Shown here: positions 28,946 to 38,706 of the stretch, piece after piece
Layout of the letters: the number at the start of each line of letters is the position of its first letter
How positions within the stretch are numbered: position 1 is the stretch's first letter
Assembly (NCBI GenBank): GCA_965208595.1
Contig: OZ242346.1
Location: 2,112,735 to 2,176,734, forward strand
Origin: Nitrospirales bacterium
Lineage (GTDB): Bacteria; Nitrospirota; Nitrospiria; Nitrospirales; UBA8639
Length of the DNA stretch: 64,000 nucleotides
Reading direction: 5' to 3'
The notes under the pieces: generated by a model
The model's input: the letters and a program-made list of their open reading frames with translations, nothing else
What the model was told of the DNA's origin: nothing
The model's database searches: none
Program-made: the position numbers and the translations under genes

Positions 28946-29196
28946 GGTCCTACTCCGTTCTCCTCTAATAACTTTCTGATCCCTGCAATCACACCTTTGT
29001 TGATATTCGGGGATGGGTGTGGCCGGTGAAAGACGTGAACCTTGTTGAAAATAAAGACTGAAATTCGTGAGCCTTCACGTTCTTCGATTTCAGCACCCAG
29101 TTCCCTGAAAAGAGCCACAATGTCCGTCCATTTGATATTGCCGCTAACGGGACGCTTAAATATTAGTTCAAGGGTCCTCTCATGCTTGCGTTTCAC
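28942..29196 (-). CDS. hicA: HicA-family toxin
   Basis: About 84 aa, with the YcfA/HicA-like motif 'GSRISVF...HRPHP...KG'. It lies upstream of hicB and overlaps it. Confidence 0.7.
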   Translation of the reverse strand: MKRKHERTLELIFKRPVSGNIKWTDIVALFRELGAEIEEREGSRISVFIFNKVHVFHRPHPSPNINKGVIAGIRKLLEENGVGP

Positions 29197-29399
29197 GCCT
29201 TAATGATACTGAATTATAGTACCGACGTAAACACTAAATCCAGCGATTGCATCTTCTCCCAATGCCTCCACTTTCTCGCTCTCGACTTGGACCTAAATTG
29301 GGAGGAAGAGTACTACGATCACATCATTGCCGTTTTATTGCCCTCATGGCCTACGGCTTAGCTCGCATGGCTCTATTTGACGAAAAAAACCCTAGTGGA

Positions 29400-30830
29400 T
29401 CAAGAGCCGTGTCGTTTCAGACAATACAAAATGCGCTTGCCGGTAGGCAGTTCGTGGCGGTCCACCAGTGAAAAATGTTTGAAGGCTTCGGTCTCAAAGG
29501 CCGGCAGGTTATACCAGGGATAGACGTCCTCCCGGTTGGCAAGGAGCTTCTTCACCATGGGATCCGACTTCGGCACAAACTCGATCACGACGTACTTGGC
29601 CTCAACCGTCAGCAGCAAACTAAAGACATACGCAAAGGGCACATTGTGTGTCAGACAGAGATGATGCAGAAGGGCCAACATCAGCACCATCGTCGGCTTG
29701 CCCCGGTCCAGGAAACCTTGCCGCGCGAAGTTGTTCCATCCCAAGCCGGGGGACGGGTTCGTGACATCCAGAACCAACGGCAAAATCCCCGATATTCCGT
29801 TTTGTCGACAGTGCCGATAGAGGTAATTGACTGATTCGGGATCAGCGTCTGCCGCAATAACCAGATCAGCATACTTTCGAGCAATTAAGGAAAATTCTCC
29901 CGTATTGCACCCAAGATCCCATACGGAATTGGGGCGTATGTTCTCCAAATGTTTGTCCACGAACCTCTGCTTGGCCTCAATTTCCGGGGCTGTATAGGAT
30001 CGATTGTCGGAATACCCGACCCAGTGACGTTGGGAAGACGATGGGTGTAATTGGGTGATGACTTTTTTCACGGCACGAACCAGGGCATTCACATGATCCA
30101 GGGAAAACTTCAGTGATTGAAAACTCGACTTCAGCGCCGGGTTGTCAGCCTGAAACCCGGTTTGGAAAAAAGATTGGAGAAACACGTGTTTGAACATGCC
30201 GGATTTTCTCCAACCCAACCATCCGAGAAGAGATTTCATCACATCAAGCGGAATCCCTTCAAAATAGCTTCTCAAGAATGGTTGAAAAGGGATGCCTTTA
30301 TGGGCTGTCACAGCCAGGGGAAACAGGAACTGCTGGCAAAACTGCGTATAGCCCAGCCATGGTGTGCCGGGAACATATTTTGCGATTGAGGGGATATCAA
30401 TAAATATCGGGCGGCATCCCAGAAATTGAATGTTATAGGCGGTCGCATCCTTCAAGGTAAACCCATGGCGCCCACTATGAAGTAAGAGATCCAGGGTGTG
30501 TAATGCCGCATCCTTCAACATATCGAAAGCCCATTCATAGGGATAACTGATGAAGGGAATTCGGCTCTGTTCAATGACTCCGGCGATCTCAGGGAACTTC
30601 CCGGCGATGGCGCCCGCAGACGCGGTATCAGTTTCCCACGTTCGAGTTATCCAATTTTCGTCTTCCAACCATTGGCACAACGGACTTTGACGAAAGTCAT
30701 GGTACGAGGCCAATCCATCCTTCGTGAGCGCCCGAAACACCCGATCGCCCTGAAAAAAGACAAATCCCTCGGGATCACGGTAAGATCCAGACGCTCGTAC
30801 GAGGTCCTGGATGGGCTCAGGGCTGGTCAT
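29400..30830 (-). CDS. Class I SAM-dependent methyltransferase with a large unassigned N-terminal domain
   Basis: The C-terminal motif I is 'VWDLGCNTGEFS' followed by 'VIAADADP'. I prefer the ATG at 30830. Confidence 0.75.
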   Translation of the reverse strand: MTSPEPIQDLVRASGSYRDPEGFVFFQGDRVFRALTKDGLASYHDFRQSPLCQWLEDENWITRTWETDTASAGAIAGKFPEIAGVIEQSRIPFISYPYEWAFDMLKDAALHTLDLLLHSGRHGFTLKDATAYNIQFLGCRPIFIDIPSIAKYVPGTPWLGYTQFCQQFLFPLAVTAHKGIPFQPFLRSYFEGIPLDVMKSLLGWLGWRKSGMFKHVFLQSFFQTGFQADNPALKSSFQSLKFSLDHVNALVRAVKKVITQLHPSSSQRHWVGYSDNRSYTAPEIEAKQRFVDKHLENIRPNSVWDLGCNTGEFSLIARKYADLVIAADADPESVNYLYRHCRQNGISGILPLVLDVTNPSPGLGWNNFARQGFLDRGKPTMVLMLALLHHLCLTHNVPFAYVFSLLLTVEAKYVVIEFVPKSDPMVKKLLANREDVYPWYNLPAFETEAFKHFSLVDRHELPTGKRILYCLKRHGS

Positions 30831-31017
30831 CCTTCTCCTTACGAAAGAACTTGGTGAGTTTTCCCCAATACAGTTTGACCATGACCCCGATGCCGGCAAT
30901 GCCGCCCAGTAATATTTGAACCAGCAAACCTCCGGCCGACGGGTCAATGTAAGCCAGGGCATAATCAGGCTCGATTAAGATAACTCCCAATAAGAGGGCT
31001 CTGATTGTTTTTCGCAT
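30817..31017 (-). CDS. Small membrane peptide, 66 aa
   Basis: 'AYIDPSAGGLLVQILLGGIAGIGVMV' is one TM segment followed by a basic tail. It is wedged between the flanking genes and overlaps the methyltransferase start by 14 nt. Confidence 0.45.
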   Translation of the reverse strand: MRKTIRALLLGVILIEPDYALAYIDPSAGGLLVQILLGGIAGIGVMVKLYWGKLTKFFRKEKDDQP

Positions 31018-31043
31018 TGTCTGCTTCCTTGTATAAGTCACGG

Positions 31044-32633
31044 TCACTTGGGCGGCAACGGTCTCCGGTGTTTCAGACTTTCCATCTTGTCCAGTAAAAT
31101 CCCAAAAAACTCGGCTGTATGAACAGGCTGCGGATTAACCACACCCCGGGTTTGTCCGGGCGACTTGATCAAAAACGGAACACGGGCCACCTGCTCAAGC
31201 TCAAGATGCCGACCGGGCTTTAGAGGGTCAAAACTTGTGCCATGGTCGCTCATGATCACGATAAATGATTGGTCATACAGTTCTTTGGCTTTGAGTTGGG
31301 CGACAAATTCTCCAAATAAGGAATCTGTATATGTCACCTGTTCTCTGTAAAAGTCTTGCATTTCTTCGAGTTCGTCGCGACTCATTTCCCGTAGGGGACC
31401 ACCATCATATGCTGTTTGCCTAACGTCACCATTACTTGTAAATCGATAAGGGAAATGAGGCAAGCCCTCATGAATAAAGGTAAACGTGGGATGATCGAAA
31501 GATTGCCCCATGCTGAGCGCACGAGTGATTGGGCGTCCTTGAAGAGCGAGTTGATCGGATTGCAGGAGAATCAGTCTTCGTAATTTCCTTCCTGTTTTGG
31601 TATCGCGCAACACCCCGGGGACAGATCTGCGCCACACACTGTTGGCCAAGTGGCCATAGTCGGCAAATCCTCCTTCAAGATAAACCCGACACCGTGCAGC
31701 CACCTCCCGAAAAGCATGGCAATAGGGCACAAAATTTCCGAGGATGAAGACTTCCATTTTTTCAGCCATGGACGAAAGATAATTTTGGGAATTGAAGTCG
31801 TATAAAAATTCTCCTTTAAAGTCGGTGACATCTTTCTTCCCCAAAAGCAAGGCTGGAATGGCTCGTTCGGTCGATTTAAAGAGGGTTCGCGCATGAGGAT
31901 ACCACGTACTGGTCCGGGAGAATGCTGCCAAATTCGGAACAACGTTCACGTCAAATTTATCTCTCTCCAAACTGTGGACAAGCGAAAATTCATCGAAAAT
32001 TATCCAAAATACATGATGCCCATCGTCGTTCAAAGTAACCGGTCCTACCCTGTTATGGGTGGACTCGAGGTTGGCTTCCACTTCGTGCGCGTGAAGAATG
32101 ACCCGGCCAAAATTAAATACTTCATACAAGAAAAGGATGAAAATAAATTGATGCACAAGAATGATCGTCTTTTGCTGTCCACGTAAAAACCCTATCACAG
32201 CCGGAGCAAGCACCACGACGCAAAGAATGACATAAGGGGTTCTCCATCCGGAAGGAACCATAGTCAATTGAATCAGATGCAAAAAGGACACGATGCCTAT
32301 AACCGTTAGAAATTTCTGCAGACGCAAAGCAATCTTTTCACCTCCCCACCAATTCGCCAAAAACAGGGAAAAGCCCACCACGAGTATCCCACCCCCGTAG
32401 ACTGTTACAAGGCAGGAAATACAAACCGGTTCATAGGGATGAGCTAAGATGTGACTATTCAACGGGACCATTAACGATAGCGTGATCACATTAACGGCAA
32501 TAAGAATAGCGGCAAAAACTGAGCCTGACTTCATGATTCTTCTCTTATGGGTACTGGCGGCTGAAAAAAGTTGGAAAAGTCTTTTCGTGGCAGGAGGAAT
32601 ATACCAGAAACCTCCACTGATAACATGTCTCAA
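31044..32633 (-). CDS. Membrane-anchored sulfatase / LTA-synthase-like (alkaline-phosphatase superfamily) enzyme
   Basis: It has several N-terminal TM segments and the motifs 'FWIIFDEFS' and 'IVIMSDHGTSF'. An alternative start lies at 32534. Confidence 0.7.
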   Translation of the reverse strand: MRHVISGGFWYIPPATKRLFQLFSAASTHKRRIMKSGSVFAAILIAVNVITLSLMVPLNSHILAHPYEPVCISCLVTVYGGGILVVGFSLFLANWWGGEKIALRLQKFLTVIGIVSFLHLIQLTMVPSGWRTPYVILCVVVLAPAVIGFLRGQQKTIILVHQFIFILFLYEVFNFGRVILHAHEVEANLESTHNRVGPVTLNDDGHHVFWIIFDEFSLVHSLERDKFDVNVVPNLAAFSRTSTWYPHARTLFKSTERAIPALLLGKKDVTDFKGEFLYDFNSQNYLSSMAEKMEVFILGNFVPYCHAFREVAARCRVYLEGGFADYGHLANSVWRRSVPGVLRDTKTGRKLRRLILLQSDQLALQGRPITRALSMGQSFDHPTFTFIHEGLPHFPYRFTSNGDVRQTAYDGGPLREMSRDELEEMQDFYREQVTYTDSLFGEFVAQLKAKELYDQSFIVIMSDHGTSFDPLKPGRHLELEQVARVPFLIKSPGQTRGVVNPQPVHTAEFFGILLDKMESLKHRRPLPPK

Positions 32634-32818
32634 ATCAGGGGAAGCCTACGTCTGAATCTTTGCATAAACGAGTGGAGTGTTATACCATTTTCGGACTCAT
32701 GAGATAGTTTCTAGCAACGCCGTATTAAGACAGGGAAATGTAATCCACTCAGCATGTAAATCTTTCTCCTTTCCGTTCTGCAAAATTTCCTAGTTTATCG
32801 CTTCGACAGGGATTTCCC

Positions 32819-33886
32819 GTGAAAATTGCACAGGTTATGCTCGACCCAAATTACGGGGGTGCCCAGAGGCATTTTGCAGATCTTTGTTTGGAACTCGCCA
32901 CTAGGGGACATTCGGTATTATCCATAATCCGTAAAAACAGCGTCGTAGAGTCTGAATTGATCTCGGTAGAAAATATAGAGGTGGCGGTTATCAACAACCG
33001 GTTTGGGTGGCATGATCCATTTGCCACGAATCAAATTAAAATCGCACTGAACCGGTTTCAGCCGAATATTGTCGAAGCGCATTTGGCTCGAGCAGCATTT
33101 CTGACAGGAAAAATCAAACCCGCCGGCAAGTGGCCGTTGATTGCCAAAACGCATAACAGTATGAACGGTAAGTATTACCGGAAAACGGATGCAATTGTTC
33201 CATTTACAGCGCAGGCCGCGAAATCAGAATACCATCGCAATATTCCCCAGCATAAGTTTGCAACAGTCATTCCAAACTTTTCACGACTTAACCCTGTAAC
33301 GAAAGTTGTAAAACCTACTCGAATAGACAAGGTTTTTGCAGCAGGCCGGTTGGTAAAAAAAAAAGGGTTTAAGATTTTGCTGGAAGCACTGGCCGAGTTG
33401 CAATCGATTGATATAAACTTTTCGCTGCAGATAGCTGGGGATGGTCCTGAATTTTCTCCGCTCAAGGCACTGTCAACTGAATTGGGATTAAACGACAATG
33501 TACAGTTTCTGGGTCGCAGAAACGACATTCCGGATTTGATGAAAAATGCCGACCTGTTCGTACTACCGTCTTTAAGAGAACCTTTTGGAATCATTGTCCT
33601 GGAAGCCATGGCAATGGGGACTCCGATTATTGCGACCCGTTCTGAGGGGCCGCTCGAAGTGCTTGATGAGCATTCAGCAATACTCGTCGACAAAGGTGAA
33701 AAATCCGCGCTCTTTCATGGACTGCGAAAAGCGATACAAGACCCGGAAAGTTGTCGAGTTCGGGCACAAAACGCTTTAACTGTATATAAAAGCTGCTATG
33801 CCGCCGATGCCGTCGTGTCAAAAATTCTAGCGCTCTATGAGGATTTCATGCGGCAGTTCGAATGCAAAAATGGCACTCGGCATTAA
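32819..33886 (+). CDS. GT4-family glycosyltransferase
   Basis: 'LPSLREPFGIIVLEAMAMGTPIIATRSEGPLEVL' is an E-x7-E type motif. The start codon is GTG. Confidence 0.85.
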   Translation: MKIAQVMLDPNYGGAQRHFADLCLELATRGHSVLSIIRKNSVVESELISVENIEVAVINNRFGWHDPFATNQIKIALNRFQPNIVEAHLARAAFLTGKIKPAGKWPLIAKTHNSMNGKYYRKTDAIVPFTAQAAKSEYHRNIPQHKFATVIPNFSRLNPVTKVVKPTRIDKVFAAGRLVKKKGFKILLEALAELQSIDINFSLQIAGDGPEFSPLKALSTELGLNDNVQFLGRRNDIPDLMKNADLFVLPSLREPFGIIVLEAMAMGTPIIATRSEGPLEVLDEHSAILVDKGEKSALFHGLRKAIQDPESCRVRAQNALTVYKSCYAADAVVSKILALYEDFMRQFECKNGTRH

Positions 33887-33973
33887 TCGCACACAACCGT
33901 TGAAAATTTGACGAAGTCCGTGAACGTCATTGCTTGGCTGCTCCTATTGCCAAACTGAGTTACGTCCTCTAGA

Positions 33974-34762
33974 TTGCGAAAATATCACCTTCAATTTGTG
34001 CTGAAAATAGTGCCTGTCAATGTCATCACCATCAAATGGGGCGATAATCTCTATGGCCCCCACTATGTCAATCGCCTGTATGCGGGAGTTCAACGAAACT
34101 TAAGCGCCGCATTTAGATTCGTTTGCTTTACAGACAATTCGCAGGGGATTCGACCCGAGGTGGATGTTTATCCGTTACCGGAAATCAATCTTCAAGCCGC
34201 AACTCACTTCACCAACGGTCGAAAACTGGGACTTTTTCAAAGTGGGATCGGCGATCTTGAAGGGCCATGTCTTTACTTCGATCTGGATGTCATTATCGTC
34301 CAATCAATCGACTGTTTTTTCGAATATATGCCGGGCAAGTTTTGTGTTTGCCGCGAGTGGCTCCCACCCAATAGGCGTTTATACAATAAACTTTTCAATC
34401 ATGCGGTTGGTGTGAATACATCCATTTTCAGGTTTGAAGCAGACTCAATGCAATTCGTCATCGATAGGATGAAGGAGGCGCCACAGATTTTGAAAAACAT
34501 TAAACTCGAGCAGAGGTGGGTCAGCCACGTTGTGGGAGATCAAGTTAATTGGTGGCCTTCGGAGTGGGTATCCAGCTTCAAGCATCGAAGACCTGTTTAT
34601 CCATTCAGCTTTTTCTGGCCGCCGGTCCTGCCCCCTGGAACGCGGGTCATGATATTCAACGGACCATTGAAACCCTCACATGCAGTCAAAGGAAACTTTG
34701 AGTTGTCACCCCGACGGGTATGCCGTTCTGCGCAATGGGCGGCACAGCACTGGATTGACTAG
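33974..34762 (+). CDS. Hypothetical protein in the glycan cluster; the start is uncertain (TTG 33974, GTG 33998 or GTG 34010)
   Basis: It is a long ORF beginning 'VITIKWGDNLYGPHYVNRL...FVCFTD'. I recognise no family with confidence. Confidence 0.5.
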   Translation: MRKYHLQFVLKIVPVNVITIKWGDNLYGPHYVNRLYAGVQRNLSAAFRFVCFTDNSQGIRPEVDVYPLPEINLQAATHFTNGRKLGLFQSGIGDLEGPCLYFDLDVIIVQSIDCFFEYMPGKFCVCREWLPPNRRLYNKLFNHAVGVNTSIFRFEADSMQFVIDRMKEAPQILKNIKLEQRWVSHVVGDQVNWWPSEWVSSFKHRRPVYPFSFFWPPVLPPGTRVMIFNGPLKPSHAVKGNFELSPRRVCRSAQWAAQHWID

Positions 34763-34884
34763 AAATTATTCATACATAGAAGGAGTGCTAGGCCAGCGGC
34801 TGGTGACCCGGGCCTGGGATTGAGAACGGCACGGCGGTCGGACGCTCTTGCCAAATTAATACAAAGGACCTGCACGGTAGTCAA

Positions 34885-35997
34885 CTACTCTCCGAATTCG
34901 TTCTCTAACTTGGTCCCATCGCGATGGTTGCGCACCGTCTGCCCTTCTTCACCGCCGTCCAGCAGCTCTCGGTAGAGCGCGTTGAGCGCCGTGGCCTCAT
35001 CCTCGATCCGAAATTTTTCCTCAACGTGACGCCGGGCCGCGGTCGACCATTGTTGCAGCGTGGCGGGTGAGGCAAGCGCTGCAGCGACCGCCGCGCACAT
35101 CCGTCCTGCGTCACCGGGGGGAATCAGCCGCCCGGTTTCGCCCTCCACCACCAACTCGTCGAATGCGCCGACAGTCGTCGCGATCACTGGCACACCGCAC
35201 GCCATCGCCTCGATCGGGGTAAGGCCGAAGCCTTCCCACCGCTGCGGGGCCACAAGCAGGTCGAGCGCCTGATACCAGCGTGGCATCTCCTCCACCGGCA
35301 CCTCCGGCAGGAACAGGATTCGGTCCTGGAGCCCGGCCCGTGTCACCTTCTCGCGCAGCTCTTGCAGAAACGGTCCGTGCTTGTGAGCGGTGCGGCCCAT
35401 CACCAGGGCGGTCACGCCGACATGCCGGGGCAGGGATTCGAGCATTGCGTTGACGAACACGTCCGTGCCCTTCTGGTGCCGGATGCGCCCAAAGCATCCG
35501 ATCGTCACGTTTTCGGGCAGACCGAGCAAGCGACGGTGGGCGCGCCGGTCGCGGGGTGGGTGGAACATCCCGGTGTCGATTCCATGCAAGATCACGCGCG
35601 ACGACCGGCGCAGATAGGACGCGGATTTGCGTGACGTTGCGACAACGGCGTCCATGCCCGAGATCAGCAGGCGGGTGTAGCGCGTATGATGCCTCTGCGA
35701 GGCGGAGGTGAACACGAGCTTCAGGCGTTTTCTGAGAACGTGACGCAGGATGAGACCCATGAGCATCTCGGTGTTGCGCCGCGCATGCCAGACGCGATAC
35801 GCCCGACCGGACATCCGGATCACGGACCGCAGAGGGACATAGGGTACGTGGGACGGCAGCCCCGGCCCGGTCGCCACGATCCCTATCGATTGGGCCTGCA
35901 CCGGCAACAGCCGTGCGATTGTTGCCGTGACACCCGACAGGCGCCGTTTCAGATTCGGCGCGATCACTTGGATCTTGTCGTCGATCTTCTCGGACAT
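34885..35997 (-). CDS. GT4-family glycosyltransferase
   Basis: 'EGFGLTPIEAMACGVPVIATTVGAFDELV'. Confidence 0.85.
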   Translation of the reverse strand: MSEKIDDKIQVIAPNLKRRLSGVTATIARLLPVQAQSIGIVATGPGLPSHVPYVPLRSVIRMSGRAYRVWHARRNTEMLMGLILRHVLRKRLKLVFTSASQRHHTRYTRLLISGMDAVVATSRKSASYLRRSSRVILHGIDTGMFHPPRDRRAHRRLLGLPENVTIGCFGRIRHQKGTDVFVNAMLESLPRHVGVTALVMGRTAHKHGPFLQELREKVTRAGLQDRILFLPEVPVEEMPRWYQALDLLVAPQRWEGFGLTPIEAMACGVPVIATTVGAFDELVVEGETGRLIPPGDAGRMCAAVAAALASPATLQQWSTAARRHVEEKFRIEDEATALNALYRELLDGGEEGQTVRNHRDGTKLENEFGE

Positions 35998-36037
35998 CTA
36001 TGGTTATCCTCGACATCAGCTATTGGCCTGGCGTCAA

Positions 36038-36613
36038 TCAAGCATCGGGTTGGGCGGCTTTCAATTCGTCCAGGGTCAAGAGATTGATCAATGACACCCC
36101 TTGCGCTTCGATTTTCTGTTTACCTTCTTGTTCTTGCCGGTCCACGATCACGAGTGCATGAGATGCGTGGAGGTTCGCTTCTTTAGAAGCCTGGAGTGCT
36201 TGCAGGACAGACCCGCCGCTCGTCAGCACGTCATCCACGACCAGCACGCGATCATCGGGCTTGACCGCGCCTTCGATTCGTTTCCCCAACCCATGATCCT
36301 TGGCCTGTTTGCGCACGACAAAGGTGCGGTAGGTTTTCGACGGTTGAGTCGCCAAGGCATAATCGGATATAGCTGTTGCCAGGGGAATGGCTCCGATTTC
36401 CAGGCCGCCCACCGCGTCAAGGGAAAGGTCGCGGATGGCCGCGCACGCGAGTTGCGCCACGAGCCACCGGGCATCGGGATGCGCGAGCAGGGCCCGGCAG
36501 TCCACGTAGTACGGGCTCGTTTCTCCGGAGGCCAGGACAAAGCCGTTCCGCAGGTCCCATTGAAAGGCATGGTATCGCCAGAACAACGTGGCCAGTTGTC
36601 GGGAGGCATCCAT
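36038..36613 (-). CDS. pyrE: Orotate phosphoribosyltransferase
   Basis: 'FVLASGETSPYYVDCR' and the PRPP loop 'VLVVDDVLTSGGS'. I prefer the ATG at 36613. Confidence 0.9.
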   Translation of the reverse strand: MDASRQLATLFWRYHAFQWDLRNGFVLASGETSPYYVDCRALLAHPDARWLVAQLACAAIRDLSLDAVGGLEIGAIPLATAISDYALATQPSKTYRTFVVRKQAKDHGLGKRIEGAVKPDDRVLVVDDVLTSGGSVLQALQASKEANLHASHALVIVDRQEQEGKQKIEAQGVSLINLLTLDELKAAQPDA

Positions 36614-36692
36614 GAAAGCAGATCTAGCATTTGACGATGAGGTATGACAACGATGAAAATCGGCGTGACGCCATCCCCTGCCTGACACGATC

Positions 36693-37544
36693 ATGTTCAA
36701 GATAAAAAAACGGCCGCTTAAACCGGCCAAAGAGCCGCAACTCTACAATGTCTTGGAGAATTACACGGATTTCGATCCTCCAGGGAACGTCATGGTGTGC
36801 GCCATGGCCGGTGAGGAGAATATCGAACATCACGCCAAGGTTCTCGGTGAGAGTTATGAGATCCCGGTTGACGACATGCTCAGGCTGTTGGCGGAAGGGG
36901 GCCTGTATACGTATCCCGAAGCCGGGGGCGTGGTGACGCGCGGGATGTTTGTGTGTCGGGTCGATCCGGCCGGGCCCAAGCAGACCTGGGTTCTGGATTT
37001 GGAACAGACCGCGCAGGCCGAACAGCTCGCGAGGTTTTCGGATATTCCTTTGGCCGAGGCCGCGGAGCGCGTGTTTTACCGGGGACTCTCCGAGGAATTG
37101 CAGGAACGCCTCACCCAGAAGAATCTTGGGCTCGATTATAACAAGCTGGAGCGTTCGGTGGCTCAGGGGGGAGATATCCGGTATATTGATTTTCGGAAGG
37201 ATTGGTCACCCTATTTCAAACGCAAGTGTTCAATGCCGGACGGGTCGATGGTCGAAACCGGCGGAATCGAGGAGTTTGCCGAACTGCATGGCATCACGGT
37301 GGCGCAGGCGCAGACGCTGATGGAGCAGGGGGGTACGTTGGACCTTGAAGACGGGGTGTTGGCGTGTCAGGTGATCAATAACCAACCCACGGTGGCCCGC
37401 TTCAATGCCAAACAGTACGCCAAGGCCAAAGAGTTGATGGAAACCAAGGGTCTTCACGTCATGGACGCGCTGAGTGAGATGGCGTTGAACGACCCGGTGC
37501 TGATGCGTGCGTTGAGACGGGCCGAGCAGGAAAACTCCGGCTGA
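36693..37544 (+). CDS. Hypothetical protein, 283 aa
   Basis: It is a long ORF with coding-like composition. I recognise no domain. Confidence 0.55.
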   Translation: MFKIKKRPLKPAKEPQLYNVLENYTDFDPPGNVMVCAMAGEENIEHHAKVLGESYEIPVDDMLRLLAEGGLYTYPEAGGVVTRGMFVCRVDPAGPKQTWVLDLEQTAQAEQLARFSDIPLAEAAERVFYRGLSEELQERLTQKNLGLDYNKLERSVAQGGDIRYIDFRKDWSPYFKRKCSMPDGSMVETGGIEEFAELHGITVAQAQTLMEQGGTLDLEDGVLACQVINNQPTVARFNAKQYAKAKELMETKGLHVMDALSEMALNDPVLMRALRRAEQENSG

Positions 37545-37620
37545 CAAGAAAAGTGTGGTTCATTTCGCGCCCTGTCGCTCGACAGAGGCTTCGTTCGTTT
37601 TGGCATACAGAGGAGAGACG

Positions 37621-38457
37621 ATGACGAAGAGGACATTGGTTGTTGCTGCGTGTGTGTTCATGGGAATGGGTGTGAACGATGCCCTCATCGAGCGGGCTCG
37701 CGCGGACGTGGCCGTTTCGAGCCAGGATGGCGCGCCAATGGTGATCATTCCCGCCGGTCCGTTTTTTATGGGTGTGCCCAAATGGGCACGAGACGGCGGG
37801 CTGGATGAATACCCCAATCACGAAGTCGAACTGGACGTCTATGCCATTGACACCTATGAAGTGACCAATGGCCTGTATTTGGAATTTATTCGCTCGACCG
37901 GTCATCGCACGCCGTCGCACCCGACCGACTCATCGAAAAATTTATGGCAGGGCGGACTCATGCCGGAATCCATTGCATCCCTGCCGGTGGTCAACGTGGA
38001 TTGGTTTGACGCCGAGGCCTATTGTCGATGGGCGGGCAAGCGGTTGCCGAGTGAAGCGGAATGGGAGAAGGCCGCGCGAGGGACCGATGATCGACGGTTC
38101 CCGTGGGGAGATGTGGAACCCACGCACAAGCATCTGAATTTCAACCAGTCGTGGCAGGGTGAAAAAACCCTGGTGCCGGTTGGGATTTATGAAAAAGGCA
38201 AGAGCCCCTACGGGGTCTATGATATGGCGGGCAACGTTTGGGAATGGGTCGCCGATTGGTATGATGCGACGTATTATTCCAGGAGCCCGCACCGGAATCC
38301 TCAAGGGCCTGCGACGGGGACCCGCCGGGTCATTCGCAGTTCCGGGTGGCAGGTCGAAACCCCGCAGGTGAGAATTTTTACCCGGGTCGCCAGCAATCCC
38401 CTCGACCGGAATCATTCGACCGGATTCCGTTGCGCCTCCACGCATCCGAAACCGTAG
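37621..38457 (+). CDS. Formylglycine-generating-enzyme (SUMF1/FGE) family protein, exported
   Basis: 'NVDWFDAEAYCRWAGKRLPSEAEWEKAARG', 'GNVWEWVADWY' and 'RVIRSSGW'. Confidence 0.85.
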   Translation: MTKRTLVVAACVFMGMGVNDALIERARADVAVSSQDGAPMVIIPAGPFFMGVPKWARDGGLDEYPNHEVELDVYAIDTYEVTNGLYLEFIRSTGHRTPSHPTDSSKNLWQGGLMPESIASLPVVNVDWFDAEAYCRWAGKRLPSEAEWEKAARGTDDRRFPWGDVEPTHKHLNFNQSWQGEKTLVPVGIYEKGKSPYGVYDMAGNVWEWVADWYDATYYSRSPHRNPQGPATGTRRVIRSSGWQVETPQVRIFTRVASNPLDRNHSTGFRCASTHPKP

Positions 38458-38646
38458 CGTTCACCTCCGAGCGTGGATGCAGTAAATCCATGTAATGATA
38501 ATACCTGGTATGTGCAATCCGGATGAAGGGGACCTTCCTACTTCAGTCAACTTTTTTTCGACCACAACCTGTAGTTGTTCACGAAGCGATTAGTGGAAAG
38601 CTGTCCACAAGATCTTGAATATTTGTTGTTTAGCAAATTTAAGTTC

Positions 38647-38675
38647 TTGACAGAGGAGTGCGTTCCGGTTACATT
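38647..38675 (+). promoter_or_regulatory. Sigma70-like promoter
   Basis: TTGACA, a 17-nt spacer, then TACATT. It lies about 30 nt upstream of the ATG at 38707. Confidence 0.5.
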
Positions 38676-38706
38676 TTCATACTAGGCTTGAAAGTCTGAA
38701 TAAAAT

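Noticed and set aside
35111-36016. A 301-aa minus-strand ORF in an alternative frame of the GT4 gene
   Set aside because: It has an extreme R/P/A composition and no motifs. The overlapping frame at 34885-35997 carries the GT4 EX7E signature.
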